Numbered from the stretch's first letter, positions 37,215 to 46,047 are shown. The stretch is 53,009 nt of DNA from Eubacteriales bacterium (GCA_045531235.1 JAZSDQ010000062.1:1-53009), one strand, 5' to 3'. The notes: generated from the letters alone by a model not told the origin. Translations and numbers: made by a program.

Positions 37215-37634
37215 ATGTCAAGTAAAATTAAATGGATCCTCCTCATTGCTATAGTCATTTTAGGCATAACGGCTGTTCCTACGCTTTGGATGTTTCTTGC
37301 TACTGAGCCAACCGCAGCAATGGGGATCATTTTTCTATCAATTCTTTGTTTCAATCCAATTTTCTCGCTGATCATCGGTGCTATTGCAGGAAGCGATATA
37401 AAGGCGTTCTGGTACGCACCGTTTATTACAGTTATTGTGTTTCTCCCCTATTCTTGCTGGCTTCTGCGAGAATTCGTTCCGGAAATGCTGATATACAGTA
37501 GTTTTTATCTTGCTGCGGCATTCGCAGCAATGGGATTTTCACATACATTGTTCAAGCGAATGAAAACAAAGAATGAAGAAAGAGCTATTATGGCTCGAAA
37601 ATGCAAAAGAAATAAAAATAGTTATGAAGAATAA
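37215..37634 (+). CDS. Hypothetical small membrane protein (4 predicted TM helices)
   Basis: 139 aa, hydrophobic, with a basic C-terminal tail. Promoter TTGAAA-17-TACAAT upstream. Overlaps the MATE start by 11 nt. Confidence 0.55.
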   Translation: MSSKIKWILLIAIVILGITAVPTLWMFLATEPTAAMGIIFLSILCFNPIFSLIIGAIAGSDIKAFWYAPFITVIVFLPYSCWLLREFVPEMLIYSSFYLAAAFAAMGFSHTLFKRMKTKNEERAIMARKCKRNKNSYEE

Positions 37635-38958
37635 TATTCGTCTCTCTGATCACTTTACATATAAAAGATTACTGCGATTCACCGTGCCGTCTATTATTAT
37701 GATGGTATTCACTTCAATCTATGGCGTAGTTGACGGCTTTTTTATCTCAAATTTCGCAGGAAAAACTGCTTTTGCAGCAGTGAATTTTATTATTCCATTC
37801 GTATTTGTTCTTGGAACCGTAGGCTTTATGTTTGGAACTGGTGGCAGTGCTGTAGTAGCAAAAACATTGGGACAAGGAGATAAGAAAAAGGCAAACGAAC
37901 TTTTTTCCCTCTTTATATATGTCGCATTTGTCATCGGTGTGCTCATCTCAATGCTTGGTTATATCCTTTTACGGCCTGTTGCTTCTTTGCTCGGTGCTGA
38001 AGGGGAAATGCTTGAGGAATGCGTTCGCTACGGCAAAATAATCATTGTGGGAAATCCCGCCTTCGTTCTGCAAATGCTCTTTCAAAGCTTTTTTATTGCC
38101 GCAGAAAAACCAAAACTTGGGCTTTTTTCAACAATTTTGGCAGGTTGCACCAACATGGTGCTTGATGCATTGCTTGTTGGCGCTTTTTCACTAGGTGTCA
38201 AGGGCGCAGCTTTGGCTACAATTATCAGTCAGATCGTAGGTGCACTTTTCCCCCTTATATACTTTACTCTTCCCAATTCAAGTCTTTTTCGACTAGGCAA
38301 AACACACTGGGACGGCCGTGCAATATGGAAGACCTGCACAAACGGTTCCTCCGAACTGATGAGTAACATTTCCATGAATCTGGTTTCCATGCTTTATAAT
38401 ATCCAGCTTCTTCGATTTGCAGGAGAAAACGGAGTTTCCGCATACGGCGTTTTAATGTATGTCGGTTTCATTTTCGCCGCTATTTTCATCGGTTTTTCTA
38501 TTGGTTCGGCACCGATCATTAGTTTTCACTTTGGGGCAGAAAATCACAATGAAATGAAAAACTTTTTGAAAAAAAGTTGTGTTTTGATTGCTTGGACCTC
38601 GGTAGGAATGTTAATCATTTCACAGCTTATGGCAGTTCCGCTATCTTCCATATTTGTTGGTTTTGATAAAGAGCTCCTGGCAATGACAGTCAGAGCCTTT
38701 CGCTTTAACGCTTTCTCATTTCTCTTCTTGGGTTTTGCAATTTTCTCCTCCGGATTTTTCACTGCTTTAAATGACGGAATTACATCTGCCATCATTTCCT
38801 TTCTACGAACACTCTTTTTCCAGATCGGATCCGTTCTGCTGCTGCCTTACATTTTTGGTGTGGATGGCATCTGGTCTTCGCTTATCGTTTCTGAAGTGAT
38901 GTCTGTTGTTCTTGCCGTGATCTTCCTAATCAAGAAAAGAGATACTTATCACTATTAA
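37624..38958 (+). CDS. MATE family efflux transporter
   Basis: 12-TM protein, LLRFTVPSIIMMVFTSIYGVVDGFFISNFAGK. Start placed at MKNNIRLS; the track ORF begins 17 codons earlier. Confidence 0.85.
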   Translation: MKNNIRLSDHFTYKRLLRFTVPSIIMMVFTSIYGVVDGFFISNFAGKTAFAAVNFIIPFVFVLGTVGFMFGTGGSAVVAKTLGQGDKKKANELFSLFIYVAFVIGVLISMLGYILLRPVASLLGAEGEMLEECVRYGKIIIVGNPAFVLQMLFQSFFIAAEKPKLGLFSTILAGCTNMVLDALLVGAFSLGVKGAALATIISQIVGALFPLIYFTLPNSSLFRLGKTHWDGRAIWKTCTNGSSELMSNISMNLVSMLYNIQLLRFAGENGVSAYGVLMYVGFIFAAIFIGFSIGSAPIISFHFGAENHNEMKNFLKKSCVLIAWTSVGMLIISQLMAVPLSSIFVGFDKELLAMTVRAFRFNAFSFLFLGFAIFSSGFFTALNDGITSAIISFLRTLFFQIGSVLLLPYIFGVDGIWSSLIVSEVMSVVLAVIFLIKKRDTYHY

Positions 38959-38962
38959 TTAT

Positions 38963-38992
38963 AAAAAAAGCCTTGCTTCGCAAGGCTTTTTT
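38963..38992. terminator. Bidirectional intrinsic terminator (MATE gene / amidohydrolase gene)
   Basis: A7-gccttg-cttcg-caaggc-T6. Confidence 0.8.
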
Positions 38993-38993
38993 C

Positions 38994-40577
38994 TTATTTT
39001 TTATAAACACTTTTTCCTTCTTTTATTGTTTCAAGAACGACAATTTCTTGTATAATTTCTTTGGGAACCTTGGCAGGATCATCGCCTAAAATCACAAAAT
39101 CAGCCAATGCACCTTTTTTAATCACACCTTTATTATTCTCTTCATAATAGCCATAGGCAGCGCCGAATGTTGCAGCGTACACTGCTTCAACAGCACTAAT
39201 TTTTTCTCCTTCGCTCAAGGAAGCTCCGTTCATTGTTTTCCGATTAACGGCACAATGAATGCTGTGAAGCATATCCGGTTTTGTTACAGGGCTGTCCTGA
39301 TGAAAACTGAACGGAACACCAAGCTTCAGTGCCGTACCTGCAGGACTGATAAAATTGGCTCTTACACCTAGATTCTTAATGTGAGTATCGCCCCAATAAT
39401 GGCAGTGACCAATAAAGAAAGAGGCCATCATACCGCATTTTTTCATTCTTTCCAACTGATCTCTTCTGACCGTCTGCGCATGAATCATAATAGGGCGAAG
39501 TTCTTTTCCCTTGCCTTTTTGCGATACTGCCTTTTCCCATTGACTGAGAAATTGTTCACTGGCGGCATCGCCGTTGCAATGAGCAATCGGCTGGATTTTG
39601 TTTTCAATAGCAAATGAAAGAATATCAAAAACATCATCATCGGACATCGTAGGATAACCGCAATAGCTTTCCTCTCCCACATAAGGCTGGGAAAGCCATG
39701 CTGTCTTTGCTTGGGGAGAACCGTCCAGGAAAAACTTAATACCTGCAATTCTTAAGCGACCGATTTTTCTTTGGTAACCATTCTCAACAAGCTTCTTAGC
39801 GGTGGCAAATGACAAGTACAGCTCAACATCAAGCTTTAAAAGGTCGTTTTCTGCAAGCTCTTTATATACCAGATATTTTTCCATAGTGGTTGATGAGCCA
39901 TCTTGCACAGTTGTATAACCGAATGTCGCGTAGTAATCAATCGCAGCTAGAATATCTTCTTTAAACTCCTCAGGGGAAAATACGGATAAGAGCGGTTGAA
40001 TAGCAACTTTGGCTTTTTCTTCAAAATAGCCACTCAAAATTCCCTTTTCATCTCTTCCGCAAAAGCCGCCATCCGGGCAAACGAAGTCATCGGAAACACC
40101 AGCTCGGTTTAATGCTTCTGTATTACAAGCAAGCATGTGTCCGGAAATATGGTAACATAGCACAGGGTTATTAATATTCAGCTGATCGATCAAAAAACGG
40201 TCGGGATGCTTCTTCTCCTTTAAAAGGTTATTATCGTATCCGCGGCAAATAATCAATTCGCCGTGAACAAGATCTCTTTCCAAACGAAATTTTCTAATAC
40301 GGGTTAAAATTTCCTCGAAAGATTCGGAACCTGTCAGATCACACTTTCTAAAGGCGGCACCGACGCCACTGAGGTGGCTGTGACCATCAACAAATCCGGG
40401 AAGAAGCACCTTTCCGCCAAGATCGAAACTTAAAACATTGGGAAATCTCTTTAAAAGATCTTTTGCTTTTCCAATTTCAAGAATTCTACCGTTTTCCGTT
40501 AGAACAGCATCTGTTTTAGGATTATTTTTATCACAAGTTATTATCCTTCCGCCAAAATACAGCACTTGTTCTTTCAT
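38994..40577 (-). CDS. Amidohydrolase family 3 (YtcJ-like) metal-dependent hydrolase
   Basis: LLPGFVDGHSHLSGVG (HxH metal site) and a C-terminal GALADFVILGDDP, about 527 aa. Confidence 0.78.
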   Translation of the reverse strand: MKEQVLYFGGRIITCDKNNPKTDAVLTENGRILEIGKAKDLLKRFPNVLSFDLGGKVLLPGFVDGHSHLSGVGAAFRKCDLTGSESFEEILTRIRKFRLERDLVHGELIICRGYDNNLLKEKKHPDRFLIDQLNINNPVLCYHISGHMLACNTEALNRAGVSDDFVCPDGGFCGRDEKGILSGYFEEKAKVAIQPLLSVFSPEEFKEDILAAIDYYATFGYTTVQDGSSTTMEKYLVYKELAENDLLKLDVELYLSFATAKKLVENGYQRKIGRLRIAGIKFFLDGSPQAKTAWLSQPYVGEESYCGYPTMSDDDVFDILSFAIENKIQPIAHCNGDAASEQFLSQWEKAVSQKGKGKELRPIMIHAQTVRRDQLERMKKCGMMASFFIGHCHYWGDTHIKNLGVRANFISPAGTALKLGVPFSFHQDSPVTKPDMLHSIHCAVNRKTMNGASLSEGEKISAVEAVYAATFGAAYGYYEENNKGVIKKGALADFVILGDDPAKVPKEIIQEIVVLETIKEGKSVYKK

Positions 40578-40711
40578 TATCATCCCTCCCGATTGGAATT
40601 ATATCAAAAACAGTTAGAATATTCAATTATTTCTTACAATAATACTTGAACTTTTCTTAAAAATAGTATATAATACTTTGACAGAAAAACAGGTGTACGA
40701 GAGGTAAAGAC

Positions 40712-41317
40712 ATGGATATGAATGTTGTTTGTTTGGATTTAGAGGGCGTTCTCGTTCCCGAAATTTGGATTGCTTTTGCAGAAGCCACCGGGATTCCCGA
40801 ACTTAAAATAACGACAAGAGAAGAACCCGATTATGACAAACTGATGAAATACAGAATTGGAATTCTAAAAGAACACGGGCTTGGACTAAAAGAGATTCAG
40901 GATACCATTGCCACCATTGATCCAATGGAAGGCGCAAAGGAATTTTTGGATAAGCTGCGCAAGATTACTCAGGTCATCATCGTCAGCGATACCTTTACTC
41001 AATTCGCTTCTCCTCTGATGGCAAAACTCGGATTCCCTACCATTTTCTGCAATACACTCAATGTCGCTGATAACGGAGAGATCACGGGACATCAGATGCG
41101 CTGTGAAAAATCAAAATACACGACGGTCAAGGCCCTTCAATCCATGGGATTTCAGACCATCGCTGCCGGAGACAGCTATAACGATCTCGGCATGATTCTG
41201 GAAAGCAAAAAAGGTTTTCTTTTCCGCAGCACAGAAAAAATCAAGAAGGATTATCCCGATCTTCCCGCATTTGAAAGTTATGATGAACTTTACGATGCTA
41301 TCGAAAAGGCTCTGTAA
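40712..41317 (+). CDS. thrH: ThrH-like HAD phosphatase (phosphoserine phosphatase/homoserine phosphotransferase family)
   Basis: CLDLEGVLVPEIWIAFAE...SDTF...AAGDSYND closely resembles Pseudomonas ThrH as I recall it. HAD motifs I-IV present. Confidence 0.75.
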   Translation: MDMNVVCLDLEGVLVPEIWIAFAEATGIPELKITTREEPDYDKLMKYRIGILKEHGLGLKEIQDTIATIDPMEGAKEFLDKLRKITQVIIVSDTFTQFASPLMAKLGFPTIFCNTLNVADNGEITGHQMRCEKSKYTTVKALQSMGFQTIAAGDSYNDLGMILESKKGFLFRSTEKIKKDYPDLPAFESYDELYDAIEKAL

Positions 41318-41336
41318 AACTTTATGATTGAAAAAG

Positions 41337-41377
41337 CACTGCTTATGAGGTATGATTACTTTGTAAGCAGTGTTTTT
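41337..41377 (+). terminator. Intrinsic terminator of thrH
   Basis: cactgctta-N18-taagcagtg-ttttt. Confidence 0.6.
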
Positions 41378-41478
41378 GTTAAGAAGAAATAAGTTCAAAC
41401 AATGGAAAGAAACACACTGCTTTCCATTATTTGCGGTACTATATGCTATATGTTATTCGTTCAAAGCATATTTTGAAC

Positions 41479-41510
41479 AAAAAAGGGTACGAAAATCGTA
41501 CCCTTTTTTT
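41479..41510. terminator. Bidirectional terminator at the end of the GT14-GH20-DtxR operon
   Basis: A6-gggtacg-aaaat-cgtaccc-T7, abutting the DtxR-family stop codon. Confidence 0.8.
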
Positions 41511-41874
41511 AAATTCCGGATGAAAACTTTTTTAATGCTCGAAAAGTCGTATCACTGATTACATGCTCAATTTTGCATGCATCCTGGGAAGCAATTTCCT
41601 CAGGAACGCCCATCTTAACAAATAGGTCCGTTAGAAACGTATGGCGTTCATACATCTCAGAAGCAATTTTTTCTCCCTCTTCGGTCAAACTAATATAGCC
41701 TTCCGATGAGATCGTGATCAATTCATTCGCTTTGAGGAGCCCCATAGCACGCGAAACACTGGGCTTGGAATATCCCGTAAACATTGCTATATCAATCGAG
41801 CGGACATTTACATTTTTCTTTTTTAAGAGAAAAATGCTTTCAAGATACATTTGTCCGGATTCTTGAATTTTCAT
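41509..41874 (-). CDS. DtxR/MntR family metal-dependent transcriptional regulator (short form, no SH3-like domain)
   Basis: 121 aa, SGQMYLESIFLLKKKNVNVRSIDIAMFTGYSKPSVSRAMGLLKANELI (wHTH) plus a dimerisation/metal region HTFLTDLF…ACKIEHVIS. Confidence 0.82.
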   Translation of the reverse strand: MKIQESGQMYLESIFLLKKKNVNVRSIDIAMFTGYSKPSVSRAMGLLKANELITISSEGYISLTEEGEKIASEMYERHTFLTDLFVKMGVPEEIASQDACKIEHVISDTTFRALKKFSSGI

Positions 41875-41892
41875 TTTCTTACACTACCTTAA

Positions 41893-43662
41893 TTAAAAAT
41901 AAGTATGCATTACGCGGTATGCCATAAGGTGCTTTTGACGAATTCCTTCTACAACTTCAGGCTCCAGTGCTTCGATCTCATCAATTTCGCCGCGCAAATA
42001 ACGATCCACTTCGCGTTTTGTATATGCGATTCTGTCAATAGCCGCAGCATAAGCATTGCCGAGTTTTTCCCAACCGTGAGTCTTAGTTTCTTCGTGCCAA
42101 AGCTTATCGTGAAGGTCATAAAGGGTTTCAAAGTCCTTCTTCATTTCCGGAAGTGTCTTTGCAGAAAATTCGCTCAGCCATACCTTATCCCCCGCCTTAT
42201 ACCGATCTCGGAAGGTCATGTGAAGGCGAGTCTTTGCAAGAGAACAACGGAAAAGAACTTTATAAAATTCACAATAAGGAGCATCAGGATATTTTTCAAA
42301 AACACGCAAGCCGTGCTCAAAATACTCTACATATTTTGGAAGGTCAAATCCGTAGCAAAGGAGGTTGATCAAAGGATCGCTCCAGAGCATAATTTTACCA
42401 ATATTGGCATCTCCGCCTTCACCACAGTAGAAATCGCTGATGGCTTCGCACATCTCACCGCTGAGACCGGTCACAAATTCAGCGACGGCTTCAATCCATT
42501 CGCGGCTTGCATCCAACCCCTTCCAGCAATACTCAGAATACAAAGCAAGGCAAGGAAGCGCTTGAATATGGTTAATATCGCCATACGCCCATCCAGCACC
42601 AAACACCTCTTTTACGCCGTAACGAACGCATTCCTGTAAAGCGGGAGTAGCAGTATTATATGTATGAACGAAGTTCGGCGCCTGTCCGTTCCACGTCCAG
42701 ATACCGCCTGCAAATGCCATAGGTCTGTTAAAAGTCTGATGAACTTTGATGTTATGAGAATAGAATTCGTTGTCGGTCTTATAATACTCCCAAAATACCA
42801 TATCACAATCAGGCATGGTATCGATCGCATGCTGAGGAACGATGGCATCTAAAGCATAAGCTCTGCCGGTCTTCCCTGCAAGAGAAAAATACATATCACT
42901 CCACATCATAGGTCGGAATTCATATTTCTTACAGATCTCTACCACACGGGTCAGATGCTCATTAAAAACAACGAAACGATCGCGCAGACCGTCGCGCTTA
43001 AAAGACGCACCAAAGCCGAGACCGCGGGTTTCATCACAACCGATATGAATTCTGGGCGAGCTGAACGCCTTACGACAAGTAGCAATACAAGCTTCAATGA
43101 ACTCATAGGTTTTTTCTTCCCCGGGAAGAAGAACCGTTTCATTCTCTTTGATTGCAGCGCTCGCTTTATAGCGGAGGAACTGCTTTAAATGACCAAAGGT
43201 CTGAATACAGGGAATAATTTCAATGCCAAGATCCTTAGCGTACTGATCAAGATCCTGCAGCTCCTCAAGAGTATATCTGCCTCTTTGATAGCCGAACAAG
43301 GGATATTCCTTTACCTCATAGGTATCTTCGGTATAAAGCATCAGCATATTCATACCGAAAAGCGCCATATAATCAAGATATTTCTTAACGCCTGCAGGTT
43401 TTGTAACGGAGCCGAAAGACATATCAAGCATGACACCGCAGGTATCGAAATTTGCTTTTTCGGAAATCTCAACATCCTTCTTTCCTTCCGTTACTGCTTT
43501 TGCAAGAAGCATGTATGCACGGGCAAGGGCGGGGGTGGTCGCACCACCTACTTTTGCCGAAACACCGTCAAACAAAACGGTTACACCGTCACTGGGTACT
43601 TCTTCAATGGCAAAATCAAACGTAACATTAAGAATTCGTGACGCAAGTTCTTTAATATTCAT
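41893..43662 (-). CDS. Glycoside hydrolase family 20-like beta-N-acetylhexosaminidase, cytoplasmic
   Basis: TIM-barrel pattern GVMLDMS…MNMLMLYTEDTY…IIPCIQTFGHL…IHIGCDET (GH20 D-E pair context). No signal peptide. Start at MNIKELA with AGGAGA 5 nt upstream. Confidence 0.65.
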   Translation of the reverse strand: MNIKELASRILNVTFDFAIEEVPSDGVTVLFDGVSAKVGGATTPALARAYMLLAKAVTEGKKDVEISEKANFDTCGVMLDMSFGSVTKPAGVKKYLDYMALFGMNMLMLYTEDTYEVKEYPLFGYQRGRYTLEELQDLDQYAKDLGIEIIPCIQTFGHLKQFLRYKASAAIKENETVLLPGEEKTYEFIEACIATCRKAFSSPRIHIGCDETRGLGFGASFKRDGLRDRFVVFNEHLTRVVEICKKYEFRPMMWSDMYFSLAGKTGRAYALDAIVPQHAIDTMPDCDMVFWEYYKTDNEFYSHNIKVHQTFNRPMAFAGGIWTWNGQAPNFVHTYNTATPALQECVRYGVKEVFGAGWAYGDINHIQALPCLALYSEYCWKGLDASREWIEAVAEFVTGLSGEMCEAISDFYCGEGGDANIGKIMLWSDPLINLLCYGFDLPKYVEYFEHGLRVFEKYPDAPYCEFYKVLFRCSLAKTRLHMTFRDRYKAGDKVWLSEFSAKTLPEMKKDFETLYDLHDKLWHEETKTHGWEKLGNAYAAAIDRIAYTKREVDRYLRGEIDEIEALEPEVVEGIRQKHLMAYRVMHTYF

Positions 43663-43766
43663 TATTATCTCCTGAGTATTCATATATTGCTTGCATAATT
43701 TTACCATAGATACAGTTTAAAAGCAAGCAAATGGTAAAAATAATAAGTTTTAAACCAAGGCAGCCG

Positions 43767-44702
43767 TCACATAGAACGTTCGCCAATAAATACAGCCGTG
43801 GTTCTCTCCATCAAGTCTTCGTAAATGCGATGACAAATTTCAGGATACTGCTGATAATCAAACTTTCTGGCAAACATGGCATCGGAATTCATCAATTCAT
43901 CAAAATCCTCTAATTTGAAGGTATACGGATTTCCTCTTTTCCAGTCGATCAGCCGTGCCAAGGTCATATAATCCGATCCTAATTCCTTGCGATACAGCGG
44001 GATCTGATCGCCGTATTTTTTATAAACAAGAGTGTGTAAGAAAACTTCATCGGCGCAATAAGAGTGATAAAAATACTTCTTGATCTCTTTTTTTTGAGAA
44101 CAGATAAATTTCGCCAGTTCATGGGTAATGCTGAACCAATTGGCGCCGCAACGTACCGTATAACCCGCTTTCTTCATACGATCAACCTTAAAATTTCGCT
44201 GAATTCTTGCAAGAAGGTGATCTATTTTTTTCAGTAATAAATGATCTCTTCCATAAAAATTCTTCATAAAATGGAAAATAGAAACTCTTTCCCGAACATC
44301 TGCTTGGGAAGAAAATTCATCCGAACAGAAATACAAAAACTCCCGATCGTGATTAGCTTCAAAAAATCGATAAATCTCGTCCGCCTTTTTTAAAGGAAGA
44401 TCAACACCGGAAAGCAAATGATAAAAGCCATAACCACCCTGAATTGCTTCCTCTAAAAGAAGCTGTTCTACCTTAATCTGGCTATGTCCTCCCCATCGAA
44501 CATGAAGGCGTTTTGTAAAGTATAGCTTAGACATTTTAGGAAGCTTTTTGAAATATTCAAAATCAAATTCTTTTACTGATTGATCAATATGAATATAGAA
44601 ATCGTGGTTTTTATGATCCAAAAGCTTAATCAACATTTCTAGAAGCTGAAATTGATGATGCGCTATAATTAGATACGCATGCTTTTTTTCGTTAGTATCC
44701 AT
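43767..44702 (-). CDS. Glycosyltransferase family 14 (core-2/I-branching, beta-1,6-GlcNAc-transferase-like)
   Basis: AYLIIAHHQFQLLEMLIKLLD…FYIHID, CGANWFSIT, CADEVFLHT, RLIDWKRGNPYTF and MFARKF are Branch-domain hallmarks. Start at MDTNEKK after GGAGAG. Confidence 0.75.
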   Translation of the reverse strand: MDTNEKKHAYLIIAHHQFQLLEMLIKLLDHKNHDFYIHIDQSVKEFDFEYFKKLPKMSKLYFTKRLHVRWGGHSQIKVEQLLLEEAIQGGYGFYHLLSGVDLPLKKADEIYRFFEANHDREFLYFCSDEFSSQADVRERVSIFHFMKNFYGRDHLLLKKIDHLLARIQRNFKVDRMKKAGYTVRCGANWFSITHELAKFICSQKKEIKKYFYHSYCADEVFLHTLVYKKYGDQIPLYRKELGSDYMTLARLIDWKRGNPYTFKLEDFDELMNSDAMFARKFDYQQYPEICHRIYEDLMERTTAVFIGERSM

Positions 44703-44760
44703 AATCTCTCCAAAAACTTTCATTTTCTACAGTTTACAACACATTTCATAAAAATACAAT

Positions 44761-44786
44761 AAAAAAATGCAAGCAAAAGCTTGCAT
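44761..44786 (-). terminator. Intrinsic terminator after tRNA-Arg
   Basis: Minus strand atgcaagc-tttt-gcttgcat followed by T7. Confidence 0.8.
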
Positions 44787-44788
44787 TC

Positions 44789-44863
44789 TGGCACCCGCAA
44801 CGGGAATCGAACCCATAACTACCCCTTAGGAGGGGGTTATTATATCCATTTAACTATGCAGGC
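44789..44863 (-). tRNA. tRNA-Arg (anticodon CCT), CCA encoded
   Basis: Manual cloverleaf. Acceptor GCCTGCA/TGCGGGT (G1-U72 and U4-G69 wobbles), D-arm GTTA-AATGGATA-TAAT, anticodon arm ACCCC-CTCCTAA-GGGGT, T-arm ATGGG-TTCGATT-CCCGT, then G-CCA. Confidence 0.85.
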
Positions 44864-44888
44864 AAATCTATATAAATATTACTTTGGT

Positions 44889-44917
44889 ATTATACAAGTA
44901 AATTAAAAAAGTGTCAA
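44889..44917 (-). promoter_or_regulatory. Consensus sigma-A promoter of tRNA-Arg
   Basis: Minus strand TTGACA (44917-44912), 17-nt spacer, TATAAT (44894-44889), about 25 nt upstream of the tRNA 5' end. Confidence 0.7.
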
Positions 44918-44930
44918 CTGAAAATGAAAA

Positions 44931-44958
44931 GGGAGCAAATAATGTGCTCCCTTTTTTT
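44931..44958. terminator. Terminator after the lipoprotein gene (hairpin with T-tracts on both strands)
   Basis: gggagca-aataatg-tgctccc followed by T7 on the plus strand and ttttcatttt on the minus strand. Confidence 0.7.
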
Positions 44959-45319
44959 ATGACAAAAAATCTTCAACAGCCGCCTTGGTACCGCGATATA
45001 TGGAATAACGGTTTTTACGAATGACCTCAACAGAGCTTTCCAAAGAGCTTTGATTTAAATCGTAATATGTTTTGGTATCTTCTTCATTGGTGAAAAAATA
45101 CGCCTGAAGAAAATTTTCATCCTTATCACAAGTGAGAAACGTAACTTGCTGAATACCAAGTCCGGCGACATCCGCCCCGTATTGAATATTCAGTTCGGTA
45201 TCATAGCCAAGTGCTTTCATTTTTTCATTTGCTTCCGTAGAATTTGGAATTACGGTAGTACAGGAAGCAAGAGAAAAGGTCAATAAAAACGTAAGAAAAA
45301 TCAGTGAAATCTTTTTCAT
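44957..45319 (-). CDS. Small hypothetical lipoprotein
   Basis: 120 aa with signal peptide and lipobox (TFSLASCTT). ATGA overlap with the upstream DUF1643 gene. Confidence 0.6.
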   Translation of the reverse strand: MKKISLIFLTFLLTFSLASCTTVIPNSTEANEKMKALGYDTELNIQYGADVAGLGIQQVTFLTCDKDENFLQAYFFTNEEDTKTYYDLNQSSLESSVEVIRKNRYSIYRGTKAAVEDFLS

Positions 45320-45945
45320 AGGAAAAGTCCCTCCAGATAACTTTCTACATCAAACGGATCCATAGAGGCATTTGCCTTCAAATACAAAGGGTGATGAGGA
45401 TGCCCCTTCTTTTGAGAGCATTTACCAGCTGAATACCACTCAGCACCGTATTTTTTTCCGATGCGAATCATATCGGCAACACATTCGGGAAGATAATCTC
45501 TCTTCTCAATAATGGTACCCCAGGCAGCCCATACAGAAGGCACTCCGCTGCAAGATGACAAAACATATTCAAAGGCTTTCATGTTTTCCTGATGCAAAAA
45601 AAGATTATACTCTTTTTCCATGTCGTCCGGCTTGGTTGCTCTTTGCGCATACACATTAAACATAATAAACGAGTCGTAACCGTTATTCAGTGCAATCCTT
45701 TGCACCGAAGACAAGGTTGGATCCAGCTTTTCAGGTTTTGCAGTGGAAGGATTGATGCCAATGCAGATCAGAGGATTCTTCCCTCTTGTGCCTAAAATAT
45801 ACCGATACTCGGAATAGAAATCCGGTGCGTAGATCCACTTTTCATTATCATAATCCTTTTCAGCGCTTCCTACCAAAGCTTCTTCAAAGGAAAGAACAGG
45901 AATAGACAACGTATTACTCTTTGGAATGTGCATGATATACTCCAA
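45316..45945 (-). CDS. DUF1643 domain-containing protein
   Basis: LICIGINPSTAKPEKLDPTL, IMFNVYAQRATKP, VWAAWG and KGHPHHPLYL match the DUF1643 signature pattern as I recall it. Confidence 0.7.
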   Translation of the reverse strand: MEYIMHIPKSNTLSIPVLSFEEALVGSAEKDYDNEKWIYAPDFYSEYRYILGTRGKNPLICIGINPSTAKPEKLDPTLSSVQRIALNNGYDSFIMFNVYAQRATKPDDMEKEYNLFLHQENMKAFEYVLSSCSGVPSVWAAWGTIIEKRDYLPECVADMIRIGKKYGAEWYSAGKCSQKKGHPHHPLYLKANASMDPFDVESYLEGLFL

Positions 45946-46010
45946 TCATGGAAATTTTCTATATTTTAGCATATCAAAGAAAAGCGTGCAACAAATTTTT
46001 TATAAAAGTA

Positions 46011-46047
46011 TTGACAAATTGATAATCTAATGGTATACTCTTATCAA
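46011..46047 (+). promoter_or_regulatory. Rubrerythrin promoter bracketed by the inverted repeat TTGATAA-N15-TTATCAA
   Basis: TTGACA (46011-46016), 17-nt spacer, TATACT (46034-46039). The repeat arms lie at 46019-46025 and 46041-46047. Confidence 0.5.

Noticed and set aside
41370-41558. 62-aa plus-strand ORF between thrH and the DtxR-family gene
   Set aside because: It spans two terminator hairpins and overlaps the 3' end of the DtxR-family gene. It has no RBS and a basic, aromatic-rich low-complexity sequence.
44789-44863. tRNA-Arg(CCT) as the attachment site of an integrated element
   Set aside because: I found no integrase, recombinase or phage genes within the window, and I noticed no repeat of the tRNA 3' segment by eye. 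An exhaustive repeat search was not possible.
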